From Macrostomum lignano (Eukaryota): a DNA stretch of 64,000 bases. Under the pieces are notes generated by a model that made no database searches, was not told where the DNA came from, and saw only the letters and a program-made list of their open reading frames with translations. Made by a program: the position numbers and the translations under genes. The DNA is taken from the NCBI GenBank assembly GCA_002269645.1, contig NIVC01001195.1:1-64000 (forward strand). Direction: 5' to 3'. Shown piece by piece: positions 11,901 to 24,100 of the stretch. The first letter of the stretch is position 1. Every line of letters starts with the position of its first letter.

Positions 11901-13218
11901 GATGCATTCACATGTGCATAAGTGAATGGAGTTTGACCACTCTAAAAGAAGCTCCGGCTCCTTGTATCACACGAAGTATAAAAGCAAGCAAGCAGTATGT
12001 GCATTTCCTCTATGCCCCTGCCTCATCCTGCACGGAAACCGTGACTCATGGCCGTTTACCTTGTGTCTCGATGCTAGCTAAAGAAGGTCCTGCATTAGCG
12101 AAGCTGCATTGCTGGGGTTGATGCCAGTGTAAATATCTTAGAAAAAAATGCGGGTAAACATAGAACGCATAAAACTGACGCCCAATGCTTCGTGGGTGAT
12201 GTATCGGATGCAAACACCATCAAACGCGCTTGAATTGCTAAGTTGTCTTCACTACTTTTTTAGCAGACTTGGCACCGGAGAATCAGCCGTGAGATGAGTT
12301 GCAGAATCGCTTGAGCGAAGCAGCTAATGGAGTTTATTTTAAAAAGTAGAAAGGAATCCACAATCCAGTGAGCACCGTCACTATAATGCATTTGATCGAC
12401 ACTCGATCCCAGAACCTGCGGTGGATGCGATATTTGCGTCACGAATGCCTTGCTGGATCACTAGTTTGTTCTACCACCTGAAGAGAAAGTCTTCAGTGCA
12501 GTTGGTTTCTTTCAAGCTAAAGAAAACATCGACGAGGGACTTCTTGGCTAAACTAATTCTGCACTCAGAAATGGTGCAAAATATGAATCAATTGAAAATC
12601 TTCTTGAAGGGAAGTGTTTCTCAGGAACTTTCCATGAGCATCCTGCTGAAGAAAAAAGATGGAGCTAGGCTTCTGGATTGCAAAAGGATTCTTCATTGTT
12701 TGGGATTGCCGGATGACTGTGGCGTCAGCAGCGACTGTGGACAAGTCAGACAGACATGCAGTCATAATTAATCTGTTCATTGGTACAAGTTAGATGCCAC
12801 GACCTCCAAGTGTTCAAGACGGTGAGCCGAAGCGCTTCAGTGCTGCTGTGACCCATGTGGATCTTCGGGGTGACGCCAAGGACTCGGTCGAATCGAGCCC
12901 CAGCCGTACCACAGGACACACTAAGGGTCGGGACGCTGAACTGCCTGACGGAGGCCGCCTGGGCTCTGGCAAAGGCTTCTTCGTCTGCGTAAAACCCTAT
13001 TGCATTTTTTACCTTTCACGCCAGACTGCCCACGATGTAAGCGCCTATTGGTGCAGAGACAAACTGCCAACCCAATCACCTACTACGCTTAAGTCGGAAA
13101 GCAAGTAAAACGAACAGCTCAGAGATGCAAGACGGCCTAGGAGGCAAAGCCTTCGCAGATACACAATGCGAGTAAACTTAACTCAACTTGATAAAAAATC
13201 ACATAATTCAGTGTAAAA

Positions 13219-14327
13219 ATGCAATATTCAGGTGAGCACAATCCTGAAACATTGTCTCATGTCATTTTTCATGCAATTATCGCAATTCCAGCTCGCTCAG
13301 CTCAGCCGGTCACTTTCCAGCCCGCGCTCTACTCACCGTCCTCCTCGTCTGCCTGGCTGCTCGGCCCGCCCGCTGCGACTGCCAGCGACGTTGGCGCCGC
13401 CTGGAGACGAAGAGCTGCCTGAGCGACTCGCTGGTGTTGTGGACGAGACCATCGGGCTCCGTCCTCGACTGCGTGCTCGAAGCTGAGCGCTCGACCGGCC
13501 TGCAGGTGGCCCAGTTCGACTCGGACACTCGCCAGTGCTCGCTCTTCCAATACACCGCAGTGTGCCACCTCATCGATGGACTCGCTGCTGCAGAGAGCTC
13601 GCAGTCCCACCGCTGTGCCGCATTCGCCAATGCCAGAGCCGCCAAGTTCCTCACCTTGAGCAGGAAGCTCATGCTGGGTGTGGGCTCGAAGCTGAGGGCC
13701 GCTTGGGTGATGAGCGACGATGCGGACGCCAGCAGGAGCAACTTGGTGTGCGGCCAGACGCAGCAGTGGATGTCGGAGAATGTGGAGTGGAGCAGCGAGG
13801 GAGCCAAGCTCGACGGAGTGTCGTCCAAGATGTGGCTGGAGAACGTGGAGCTCGCGAGCGTGCAGCAGGGACTCACGTGGCTGGTCAGGCTCAAGCGGAC
13901 TGTCCGAGTCGCGGCAACGCTGCTCGAATCCTACAACTGCGACTCCACGGGGGATCGAGGCGTGGCGTTTTGGGACGGCTGGACAGGCGGATGGGGCCTG
14001 TACTTCTTCAGAGTCGCTTTATCTTACTTTGAGTACTTTACACCATCTGCCACGAACTCGTTTGACCCGAACGGATTTGTTGAGGTCGGCGTCACTTCGG
14101 CGTCTCCGTCAAGCCTCGACTTCTTCTTCAACTCCGCGTTCGTGCCGCAATCCAGTTTGAATCATGGTGATGAGCGTAACGCAACCGTGTCGACATGCCG
14201 CTGCATCCGCTTGGGATTTCGACCTGGCGACTCGCGAATGCTGAACGGCACGGTGCATGCGGTGGCTTTCATGAACGACACGATGACGGAGGCTGAGATC
14301 AACAGCTTCTTCGGCTTGGTGCGCTGA
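13219..14327 (+). CDS. Secreted PAN-like + LamG-like protein, copy B; exons 13219-13231 and 13321-14327
   Basis: Same splice sites as copy A with an 89-nt intron. The spliced product starts MQYSARALLTVLLVCLAARPARC and is open to TGA at 14327. Confidence 0.8.
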
Positions 14328-14964
14328 CCTGCGAGCCGCTCGGCCACTGCAACTCAAAAACTCAAAACTTCAACACACCATGTTTTTTTTTTAAGAAATG
14401 ACGTCCTTTTAGCACTGAAAAGTTTCCTTTCTTCTGTTGTGAACGGCTGCATCTACACCGATGAGCAATCTCTGGCCATAGGTCGTCGGCCGGGCATTGC
14501 ACTCTAACTAAACCTCTGCCTCGTTTGCGTATTCCAACCCCAATCGTCTGGATTGGGATTGGGTTTATTGCATACCCAGCTCTGATTGGCCGGACTCCCC
14601 TCCGCATTACCTCTAGCCTCCGTGCCAAGTTGGATAGGCTAGTATGTACGCGCGATTGGTGTCAGCCAATAGGCAGTCGCAAGAAATTTGTTAAGCGCTA
14701 ATCTTTGAGCCTAGAGATTTGAGGGGTTTTTCAATGAAATATACGTATATAAATGAGCTGGCGGTGGGCGACGGAGAGCGCGCTTCTGAGTTCGGGCTCG
14801 GCGACACAATCGGCTATAGCGAGCCAAAGTTTCAGGTTTAAGTTAATAGAAATATTTATAAATTAATAGAAAGTTAATAGAAGTTAATAGAAAAAAAGCA
14901 GAGGTTATTTGCAGAGCCATTATATTTGCAGAGCCATTTTATTTGCAGAGCCATTATATTTGGA

Positions 14965-16450
14965 CGCCCGTGCAAATAGTGCTGCCACCTCCTGGCATCG
15001 CGGCCAGATCAACAGATCGCGCATGACCTCGGTTGGCTCGAACGGCCGCGCCTCGGCTGCGGTAGCAAAGCTCAGCGCACCAGGGACACTCAGAGGTCGG
15101 CCCAGCGCGCAATGTCGCACTGAGCGGCGACGTGAGCGCAACCGGCGAGGGCGACTCCGTGGCGCGGCCAGGCGCCTGTTGCCCCCCGTCCCTGCTATTC
15201 CAACTATGGATCCACCGGGTGGCGCCGGGGACCACGAGGCCAATCTCAATCTGGCCCCAGCTGTACCAGTTGGCCGCACGATTAACTGCCGAACTCTGAA
15301 GGCCCCTGGCGTCGCATCATTCTCGTCCACCTGCCCCCGACCTACAGCTGGACTTCATCATGCTGCAGGAGGAGGTCGACCCGACTGATAGGGGTCGACC
15401 AGCGCGCCCGCTGCATCCGGATGTTGTGCACGTATGCACCCACTTCTGCTCACCCTGAGGAGGCTCGTTCCTTCTTCGACTTCCTGGCTAGGCAGCTGGA
15501 AGAGGTGCAAAACCGCGACACGCTGGCGGTGCTCGGAGACCTGAACGCAGTCCCGCGGAGGTCCGAGCGCTCACCCTTTGTCGCGGGACGCGAGAACGCC
15601 AACACCGATCCGCTGGAGGACCTGCTTGACCGGCTAGACCTGGTGTCCGCGAACACCCAAGCCTCCTGCCCGTCTGGTTACCTTTGCCGGCTGCAAGAGA
15701 AGGCGGCGGAACGCACGCGGGCAGAACGCCACGAGGAGACTAGCACAACTCGACCATGCGCTGGTTCGCACTCGCGAGCGCCGCCGCGTCACCAACTGCG
15801 ACACCATGGCTCCGCTAGCTCTCCGGTCAGACCACAGACTCCTGCTCTGCGACTTGCGGCTCCACGACCAGCTCTACCGACCTCCAAAGCAGCGGCCACG
15901 GCGCTACTATCGCGCTCTGTCGGACATCCGCGTGAAGCGTCAAATTCGTGAATCCCTTTCGTCGGCGCGCTAGGAGACCAGCGTGAGGCGGAGTATTCCG
16001 ACATCAGCACCACCGTTAGGGCTGCTGCGGAGCAGACAGTCCCGCTGATGCAACCGGCGCAGAAATCGCTGGCTTTCTGGCAGAGCGACCCGACCATCAG
16101 GCAAGCGTGGCTCAGCATCGAGCGACTCCGCAGAAACCGGCGGCCCACAGGCGATGCTGAAGACGCGTTTGAGCGCCTTCTAGACGAGCGGCAGCAGGCC
16201 GCTGTCGACGACGCCGTCCGGACCATTACTGCAGCCGGCCTGAAGTGAGGAGCCGCGCAGTGTGGACGGCCGTCCGGACTCTGACGGGACGCAAAAAGCG
16301 CGTGGCGCTGAATATGGCCGGTGATACCTCGGAGGAGCGCAGGAATGAATTGCGGGAGTGAACGCAGGAGTGAACGCGCCCGCGTCGTCACTGTTTGTCA
16401 GTTTTGCGCTCCCACTGGACATGCCGCTCCCAGCTGAGGAGGACATCTGC
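14965..16450 (+). pseudogene. LINE 5' fragment with apurinic-type endonuclease, frameshifted
   Basis: TINCRTLK, CTYAPT and VLGDLNA endonuclease motifs; the sequence is cut where the mariner begins. Confidence 0.8.
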
Positions 16451-16463
16451 ATTAGCCTAGTTA

Positions 16464-17385
16464 CGAGGTGTATCCCAAAAGTAAGTTTCGGTCAGCTGCC
16501 AACAGTGAGCAATTAGTTTTAAAAAACGTAAACTTTGTCAAACCACAACTTCAAGTATTTGTCACTCCACAAATCGGCCGCCAAGCTCAACGCACTTTTC
16601 CCAGCGACGCACCCACGCTTCAAAGGCGGGCCTGCAGCCGGCGATCGCCAGATGTCGGAGAGCTGATGAAGCGCTGTTGTTCACCTGCTCCTCAGATCCG
16701 AAACGTTGGCCACGAAGGCTCTCTTTCATCTTCGGGAACAGATAGAAGTCCGCCGGAGCCAAATCAGGCGAGTAGCGCGGGTGGTGGAGAATTTCCAAGT
16801 TCCACGAGCCGAGCAGCTCTTCAACCCGTCTGGCCCGATGCACCGGGGCGTTGTCGTGATGGAAGATGACGCCTCTCTCCAGAAGGCCCGGCCGCTTTTT
16901 CCTTATCGCTGGTCGCAGTTTCTCTTGAAGCACCCATCGATAGTACTCAGCATTCACTTTGGTACCCACAGGCACAGGCCAGTCCAGAATGATCCCGTCA
17001 ATGTCAAAAAAATGATGTGCATCACCTTCAATGAGCCTTGCTTGCGTCGCACCTTCTCGGGACTCGCCGATCCTATCGGAAGCCACTGCGCTGACTGCCG
17101 CTTCAGCTCTGGGTCCCATTCGTAGACCCAGGTCTCGTCTCCAGTCACCATTCTACCGAGAAATCCGTCGCCTTCACGACGAACCCGACGGAGGCAGTGC
17201 CGGGACACCACCACCCGCTCCTCCATCTGCTCGTCAGTCAGCAGGTGTGCCACCCATTTGGCGAAAAGCTTCTGTAGGCCTAAATTCTCGGTCAGAATGC
17301 GGTGCACAGTGCTGTGGGGAATGCCGAGGAGTTCCTCCAGCTCACTGCATGTCCTTCTGTTGTCTTCACTCATAGAAGCCATCAC
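16464..17385 (-). mobile_element. Mariner (DD34D) element, 5'-truncated, one TIR retained
   Basis: WVAHLLT, VTGDETW, HHDNAPVH and HPRYSPDLAPADF motifs. TA followed by the TIR cgaggtgtatcccaaaag at 16462-16481. A single frameshift lies in the A7 run at ~17006-17012. Confidence 0.92.
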
Positions 17386-17977
17386 GCGATCAGCCGGATC
17401 TCCAAGTTGCCGGCACCGGACATTCTAGTTGTAAAAAAGGTTACACTCGATTCAGAGATCACCTTGAAAAAGCACCTTAGATGATCTGGTAGATCGTATG
17501 ACACAATAGTGTGGAAGTCAGAAATCACATCCTTTTGTAGAAGCTCCTCTGCTTCTACCTCGCAACGCTGAATGTCGTTCTCTCGACGGCTCTCAGCCGA
17601 TGTACAAACCGTTTGCCTCTCTTCCGGGACGGCCTTGCTCAAGTAGGATGCAACATTCGGGAAGATGCACGGCACAGCATCATCTCTCAGACGCCGGTTT
17701 TTCAGCTTAGCAGTAGCAGTCGATGGATCGTCAGATGCCGGCCTTTTGCGATTTGGGTTGGAATCCATAGAGACAGTCACAAAAGCCTTACCTGGAAAAT
17801 GCAGAGAGCAAACCCGATAGTTGTGACTTGGGTCAGACCGCAGCTTACACAGCTCGGCCTCAGTCCATTGTCGAGGAATTGTAGCGATCCACTTGTTCAG
17901 CAGATCCAGATTCTCGAAAGAAGGAAACTTGTGGATGGAAACAGTCGGGTCCTTCTTATACCGAGGCAAATTAGTAA
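17386..17977 (-). mobile_element. THAP-domain fragment, probably the 5' part of a P-like transposase
   Basis: SIHKFP...LNKWIATIPR...RVCSLHF...RLRDDAVPCIFP matches the THAP core and AVPxIF box. The N-terminal CxxxxC is missing and both ends are truncated. Confidence 0.8.
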
Positions 17978-18258
17978 GCCTGCAGGTAGTCCAGTTCGAC
18001 TCGGACACTCGCCAGTGCTCGCTCTTCCAATACACCGCAGTGTGCCACCTCATCGATGGACTCGCTGCTGCAGAGAGCTCGAAGTCCCGCCGCTGTGCCG
18101 CATTCGCCAATGACAGAGCCGTCAAGTTCCTCACCTTGAGCAGGAAGCTCATTCTGGGTGTGGGCTCGAAGCTGAGGGCCGCCTGGGTGATGAGCGACGA
18201 TGCGGACGCCAGCAGGAGCAACTGAGTGGAGCAGCGAAGGAGCCAAGCTAGACGGAGT
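17978..18258 (+). pseudogene. PAN-LamG copy D, 5' half of a fragment interrupted by Gypsy-1
   Basis: Near-identical to the A/B core; carries a 41-nt deletion after gcaggagcaact and lacks the N-terminus. Confidence 0.9.
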
Positions 18259-19446
18259 TGTGATAAATAGGCAATTAGATAATAGCATGCACGGTAAGCA
18301 ATTATTTAGGCCCTAGACAAACCTACTTGGAGCGTTTGGAGATTTTAAAGCTATTAATCCTAATCGCCTATCGCCGGTCGGCGAGTCCTACCAGTCTTTC
18401 TCCAATAGCCGCAGGTACAGTACAAGAAAAGAAAGAACACGAGGGAACACAAACCGAAAGATTTAGAGAGTGATAATCCTATGTGATACAACTGATAATT
18501 GGCTAGACGATTTAATTCGGTTATACAAGTTACAGGATTCAAGCAATTCGCGACGCAGATAATTAGACTGATGATAACGAATAATAACGATTAATAATAA
18601 TGATTATATTACGCACTGACAAGCGGATCTCAGCTCGAAGAAGAAGAAGGAGAACCGAACACGACCACGGAGAAGACTCCTAACCCCTGGCCTAAGCCAG
18701 AACCTACACTCAAACGAGAGCCCTGCCGAACCGACCGTTCAACGGAGTACCGACTAAATTCTATCGGCACTGCCCTTCAGTGTAACACTGAGGCCCTCGG
18801 GGTCGAGGCCGCGTACTTGATCAGATCCGACAGTCTCTAACTAACCGCGCTTGATAGCGACGACTTCAGACAGAAATTTGCCGTAGACGTTACGCCACAA
18901 GACTACTGCGGTTGGGCGGGAACAAAAATACGGACCGGGGTGATGAATTCAGGCGCCTCAAAGCGCGAACCAACGAGAGGAGAAAATCGGGCCACCGGCC
19001 GGGAAGCTGGACAAGACAAAACCGGGGAAAGGGAGAAGGAAAAAGTGAGATCCGATTGCCAAACACACATTCATATATAGTCAGAGTCGCAACCCCTCAA
19101 AACCCCCCTCAAGCCGGGTGGTGGTCGTCTGGCCGGCCGCTTGCTAAGCCGAATTGCACTGTGCCCGCGGCGCCGGGTAGAATTGAAACTTGCCGCGTGC
19201 CAGGGTCCAGGCCGGTTCTGATTGGCTGACCGCGCAAAGCTGGGGTTCGCAGACAAACTCAACCCTCCGCTGAGTCACAAATGGCGTCTAACTCTAACCT
19301 GTTTACGCAAAATTGATTCCAACTAACAAGGAAAAAGTACACCAAAAACGTATGACTAAACTAAAGCAAAATAACAATTCAATAACAATATAGAAACTAA
19401 TGCAGTCAATTTACAACAAAATACACGCAAAGATGCTCACACTACA
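18259..19446 (-). repeat. Gypsy-1 3' LTR (~1.19 kb)
   Basis: Matches 27628-28810 except for a few substitutions and one short indel; the PPT abuts it at 19447. Confidence 0.95.
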
Positions 19447-19462
19447 CTCCCCCCTCCTAAAA
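19447..19462 (-). other. Gypsy-1 polypurine tract
   Basis: Minus strand ttttAGGAGGGGGGAG immediately before the 3' LTR. Confidence 0.9.
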
Positions 19463-21143
19463 GAAATAAAGTACAAAAGAATAAAAATTTGAAAAATTCG
19501 AACATGCGTAACATACTACTTTCAGTAAGCAAATGAGTACTATATAACGAAATTCGCGTTTACGGGAACCAAAATTCGCAAAACGGAACGAGAATAACTA
19601 TAGAAATTAGACGCAACAAACACTAATACAGTTTACTATGCAAAGCACAACATGACACATGACACGACATGAAAGTATAAATCAAGTACATAAGCAAAAT
19701 TCTCTTACGCAACACGACATTTCTACCATGAACAAATCAAAAGCAATGAAAACAAGTCTCGACGGAAACACGAAATTCACGCAACAATAACACGACTCTT
19801 CTACGATTGAAAATACTAGGCGAAATTCGATTAACATCAAATTCAATAATTCAATTCAAATTACATTTCCACAGCAGAAAACTAAACGAAACTAATTCTC
19901 GCGCACTTGAGACACAATGATACAAAAAGAAACGCATGCAACACAAAGAAACGCATGGCCCATCACCACGAACGAATTGACGCGTTATCGCATTTTACAC
20001 AAGTTAATTAAATTACACACTTTCGACATGAACCTTATCGGCTGGCAAAATTTTATTACTCGCTGATTTAATTACCTGCACCTCCCCCCTCCTAAAAAGG
20101 TAGGGTGGGCGCTCCGACCCTCACTGTCTCCACAGCGGAATTCTTATCGCAATATACCACGACGCTTATCGCTAATTTGATGCCTCGACGATAATAAAGT
20201 TCCACCCACGCTCCCGTGGCGGACTAACACTCAGCGCGCGAAAACTATCGCCCATTGGCTGCAGTTTATGGTCTTGCCCAGGACCAATCCCCGTGGCGAA
20301 ATTCACCGCCCAATGGCTGCAGTTTTCTGTCATGCCCAGGACAAGGGCTCCTTTCTCGCACTTCAGTCGTCTTGTGGTTGCTTCTTTTGGTAATTTCTCT
20401 TCCTACGGCTGCAGTTTAACGTCGTGCCCAAGACGCATCATTAGTTAGTTTCTCTCCTAGCGGTTGCAGTTTAACGTCGTGCCCAGGACGCCGGCTCTAG
20501 TGAACTTCCTTTCCAGCGGCTGCAGTTTAACGTCGTGCCCAGGACGCTTCAGACATTTCTAGCTGCAACATGTGACATGTCGGTTAGCTGTAAGTTAGAA
20601 TTATTTTTGCGTCAAGCAGTGTTCTGACTCAAGCAATTTGAATAATATTTTTGTGTTGTTTTATGATGCTTTTACAATTTTTATGTTTTTATCGAATATT
20701 CACGCATGTCAGTTCTACTGCAAGACTGTTTTTTTATAATAATATTTATTCCTTAATAATTTTCTCATAATAATAATTCCGAATATACTGGCTGATAGAA
20801 CCGCAGACGACGTCAATCTGGGCCCCTTTTCGATTTCAATTTCTACTAGCAACTTCAATTGTTTATATCTTCCATGGTCGTCTATGGTATTTCTCTTTCA
20901 TTAGCGTCCTGGAATCTACCAGGTGTGGCAGCTCGAGCAGTTCGTCTTCAACTCCTGCAACTGCAGTGTCAACATCAGCACTTCCAAGTTTGTATTATTT
21001 CCAATTTCTAATTTCTATTGACTAATTTTCTCCGGTTCCATTTTCGTTCAACAAATTTCTCGCGTATGTCTCGACAAGTTACTATTAGTAATACAATTGA
21101 AATTTTTCGTCTCGACAGTACTTTTCGTTTCTATAGACTCCAT

Positions 21144-24100
21144 TCAATGATAACCATATCGCTCTGGGGGTCTAATCGCCGCGCGGTTCCGCAACCGCGG
21201 TATCCAACTAACGTTATTCGTGCCTGCCCGCTGCGGGGGCGTACTGTGCACTGGGCTCAGATGCATTAAATTCGGTGGAGTGCGCACAGGACTCTGCCTG
21301 GCCTGAGACACCGCAGGACTCGCCTGCGCCTGTTGGTTGGCATTGGCCGCTGTCTGAGTATTTTCCACTGTTCTGTCTATATTACTTCCAGTAGCTTCGT
21401 GAGCTCTCTCACGTTGCAAAAATCTAATTCTCTCTGGTCTCTGAATCTCCACTTGGACTCGTTCTGACTCCTCCGAGCCGTCATCACTAGCACTTCCAGC
21501 TTCCTCTTCTCGATATTGACGCAACTTTTCTTCTGACAAGTAGCAGGGCTTTGTTCTGTCTACTGTCACTACGTCATGAATTCTGACGGGCTGCTCTATT
21601 CGGTCAACCTTTGGACCGGGCTCAATTTTTAAATTTTTTCCATTATTTCTTACTTCAAGCACTCGGTACGGACCTACCCACTTCCTATTCGTATCATAAC
21701 AATTCTGCGTATTCGCTATCCAGACCAGGTCACCTGGCTGATAATACTGCTGGAATACTTTCGTGTCATAATTCGATTTCTGCCGCCTGACTGATATTTG
21801 TTGCTTTTCTCTGGCGATTCTATACGATTCCATGCACTTCTTATACAGATCATGTAAATGCTTATCACGGGTCTTGCGCTCCGGCGAAGGCAATCCAAGC
21901 TCAGCATCGACCGGTAGCCGCATCTTTCGACCATAGACTAATTCGAACGGGCTAAACTTATTACTTTCACTGACTGTGCTTCGCTGAACCATCAAAGCGT
22001 GCGGAAGCACCTCATCCCATGCCAAACTGAGTTCACTCTGGGCTAATCTGATTCCATCTTTCACTACTCTGACCATGCGTTCGCAGCGACCGTTAGCTTG
22101 CGGATGGTAGCTAGTAGTATGGCGCAGATCTATCCGGAAATTTTCGGTTAACGATTTCACTAATTCTGCAGTAAATGATGTACCTCTGTCTGATATGAAT
22201 GCTTCAGGGGCACCATGCCGAGTGATCCACTCTGTGTACAGGGCCCAAGCTGTACTCTCAGCTGTACAATCTCTCAGCGCTTTTACCTCTAGCCAGCCCG
22301 TAAAGTGATCAACCATCAGCAGGAGGTACTTGTTCCCCCGTGCTGTGGCGTTGAACGGACCGGCGAAATCTATATGTACTTTCTCGCCCATATAACTGCT
22401 GACTTCTGGTTCTAAGGGCGCTCGTGGCTTCGGCCCGTATTTCTTTCTTGTCTGGCACTCAGTACAAGTCTTAATATATCTATCTAAGTTCGTTGAATAG
22501 TTTGGCCACCAAAATCTCTGTCGAATCAAATCTTTAGTCTTCGAAATACCGCCGTGAGCCATTTGATCGTGGTAAGCTCTAAACAACTGCTGCTCCAGGG
22601 CTTGGTTTTCCGGCAGTACTGTCTGCTCAAATTTTCGGCCTTCGGAATCTATCCAATTCCTGTAAATTATGTCATTTTTCACTAATAGCTGCTCATAATC
22701 GCTAAATAAAGACTTATAACTGCGGCTCATTCCAACCCATTCATTCTTGGGCGGACAGGGCTCTCCCTGTCTGAGCTTTTGCTTGAGCAGCAGCAACTCT
22801 GGCTGGCTCTCCTGCAGTTCTACAATTCCCGCTGGCGTATCGATATTAATTGCACCGCAGTGGACTGTTGCTGTCTTCGTCGCACTGCAAGTGGGGCATT
22901 CCTCATGGTAGCGTTTCGGGGGACCATCCCGCTGAGGTCTGCGACTCAGGGCGTCTGCGTTACCATGGGCAATCCCTTGGCGGTACTGAATTGCAAAGTC
23001 ATATTCTTCCATTCTCGAAATAACTTCAAACTGATCAAACTGCTCAAGGATCATGTTCCATCTGCCTAACATGCCTTTTGCGCCATGGCACTTACGTAGC
23101 CATTGGAGGGCCGCGTGGTCTGTCCTGACCTTGAAACGACGGCCGACCAGATAAGGCCGATAATGTTCTAAGAAATATATCAGCGCAAACATTTCCTTCA
23201 TCGTAGTGCAGTAATTCAACTGATGCTCATTTAACGGATGCGAAGCATAGGCTATTACTTTTTCTTCCCCATCTTGCTCTTGTAATAAATTTCCACCTAT
23301 AGCTACGTCACAGGCGTCGACATCGAGGATGAACGGTCCCGCGTCGCTATCGAACCTGGGGTAGCTCAGTACAGGTGCGCTCACTAGCTTCTGCTTTAAT
23401 AGATCGAATGCCTTCTGGCAACTGTCATCCCACTTATACTTGACATCTTTTCTAGTTAAATTATTCAAGGGCTCACTTATTCGCGCAAAGTCTTTAATAA
23501 ATCTGCGATAGTAGCCGGCTAAGCCTAAGAATCCGCGCAGCTCAGAGATATTCTCTGGCCGGGGCCATGTCTGGACTTTTTCTATCTTATCTTTGCTGGT
23601 ATAGATACCGTGCTGGCAGACGGTGTGCCCTAGGAAGGTGACTTCTTTCCGAAACAGAAAGGTCTTCTCTGGCTTGATTTTCATACCAGCATCTGCTAAT
23701 CGAGAGAAAATTAATTCAAATTACTGAGCATTTCTTCGAAATTCTTGCCTGTGCAAATAACATCATCTAGGTAGAGTAAAGCGAACTTATAAGCGTAATC
23801 GCCTAAGATCTTCTGCATTATGCGCTGAAAGCAAGCGGGTCCATTCGTGACTCCGAAAGGCAAAACTTTCCACTGGAACAGGCCATCATGGGTTCGAAAC
23901 GCTAATTTCTCGCGGTCAGTCTCTCTGACCTTCACTGACCAATAAGCGCCGACCATGTCTAGGGTGCTAAAGTACATGTTGCCTGCCAGGGATTCCAGCG
24001 ATTCTTGAATTAGCGGTAACGGAAAACTGTCCTTCTTAGTCTTATTATTTAACTGTCTGAAGTCACAGCAAAATCTGAATTCTCCGGACTTCTTCCGGGC

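Noticed and set aside
12794-12970. Possible LINE endonuclease start (LRVGTLNC)
   Set aside because: Too short to support a call
17382-18221. 279-aa ORF as a novel THAP fusion protein
   Set aside because: Its first part is just the antisense of gene copy D running across a rearrangement junction into the THAP fragment
19447-21143. env or third ORF in Gypsy-1
   Set aside because: No sizeable open frame on the element strand in this interval
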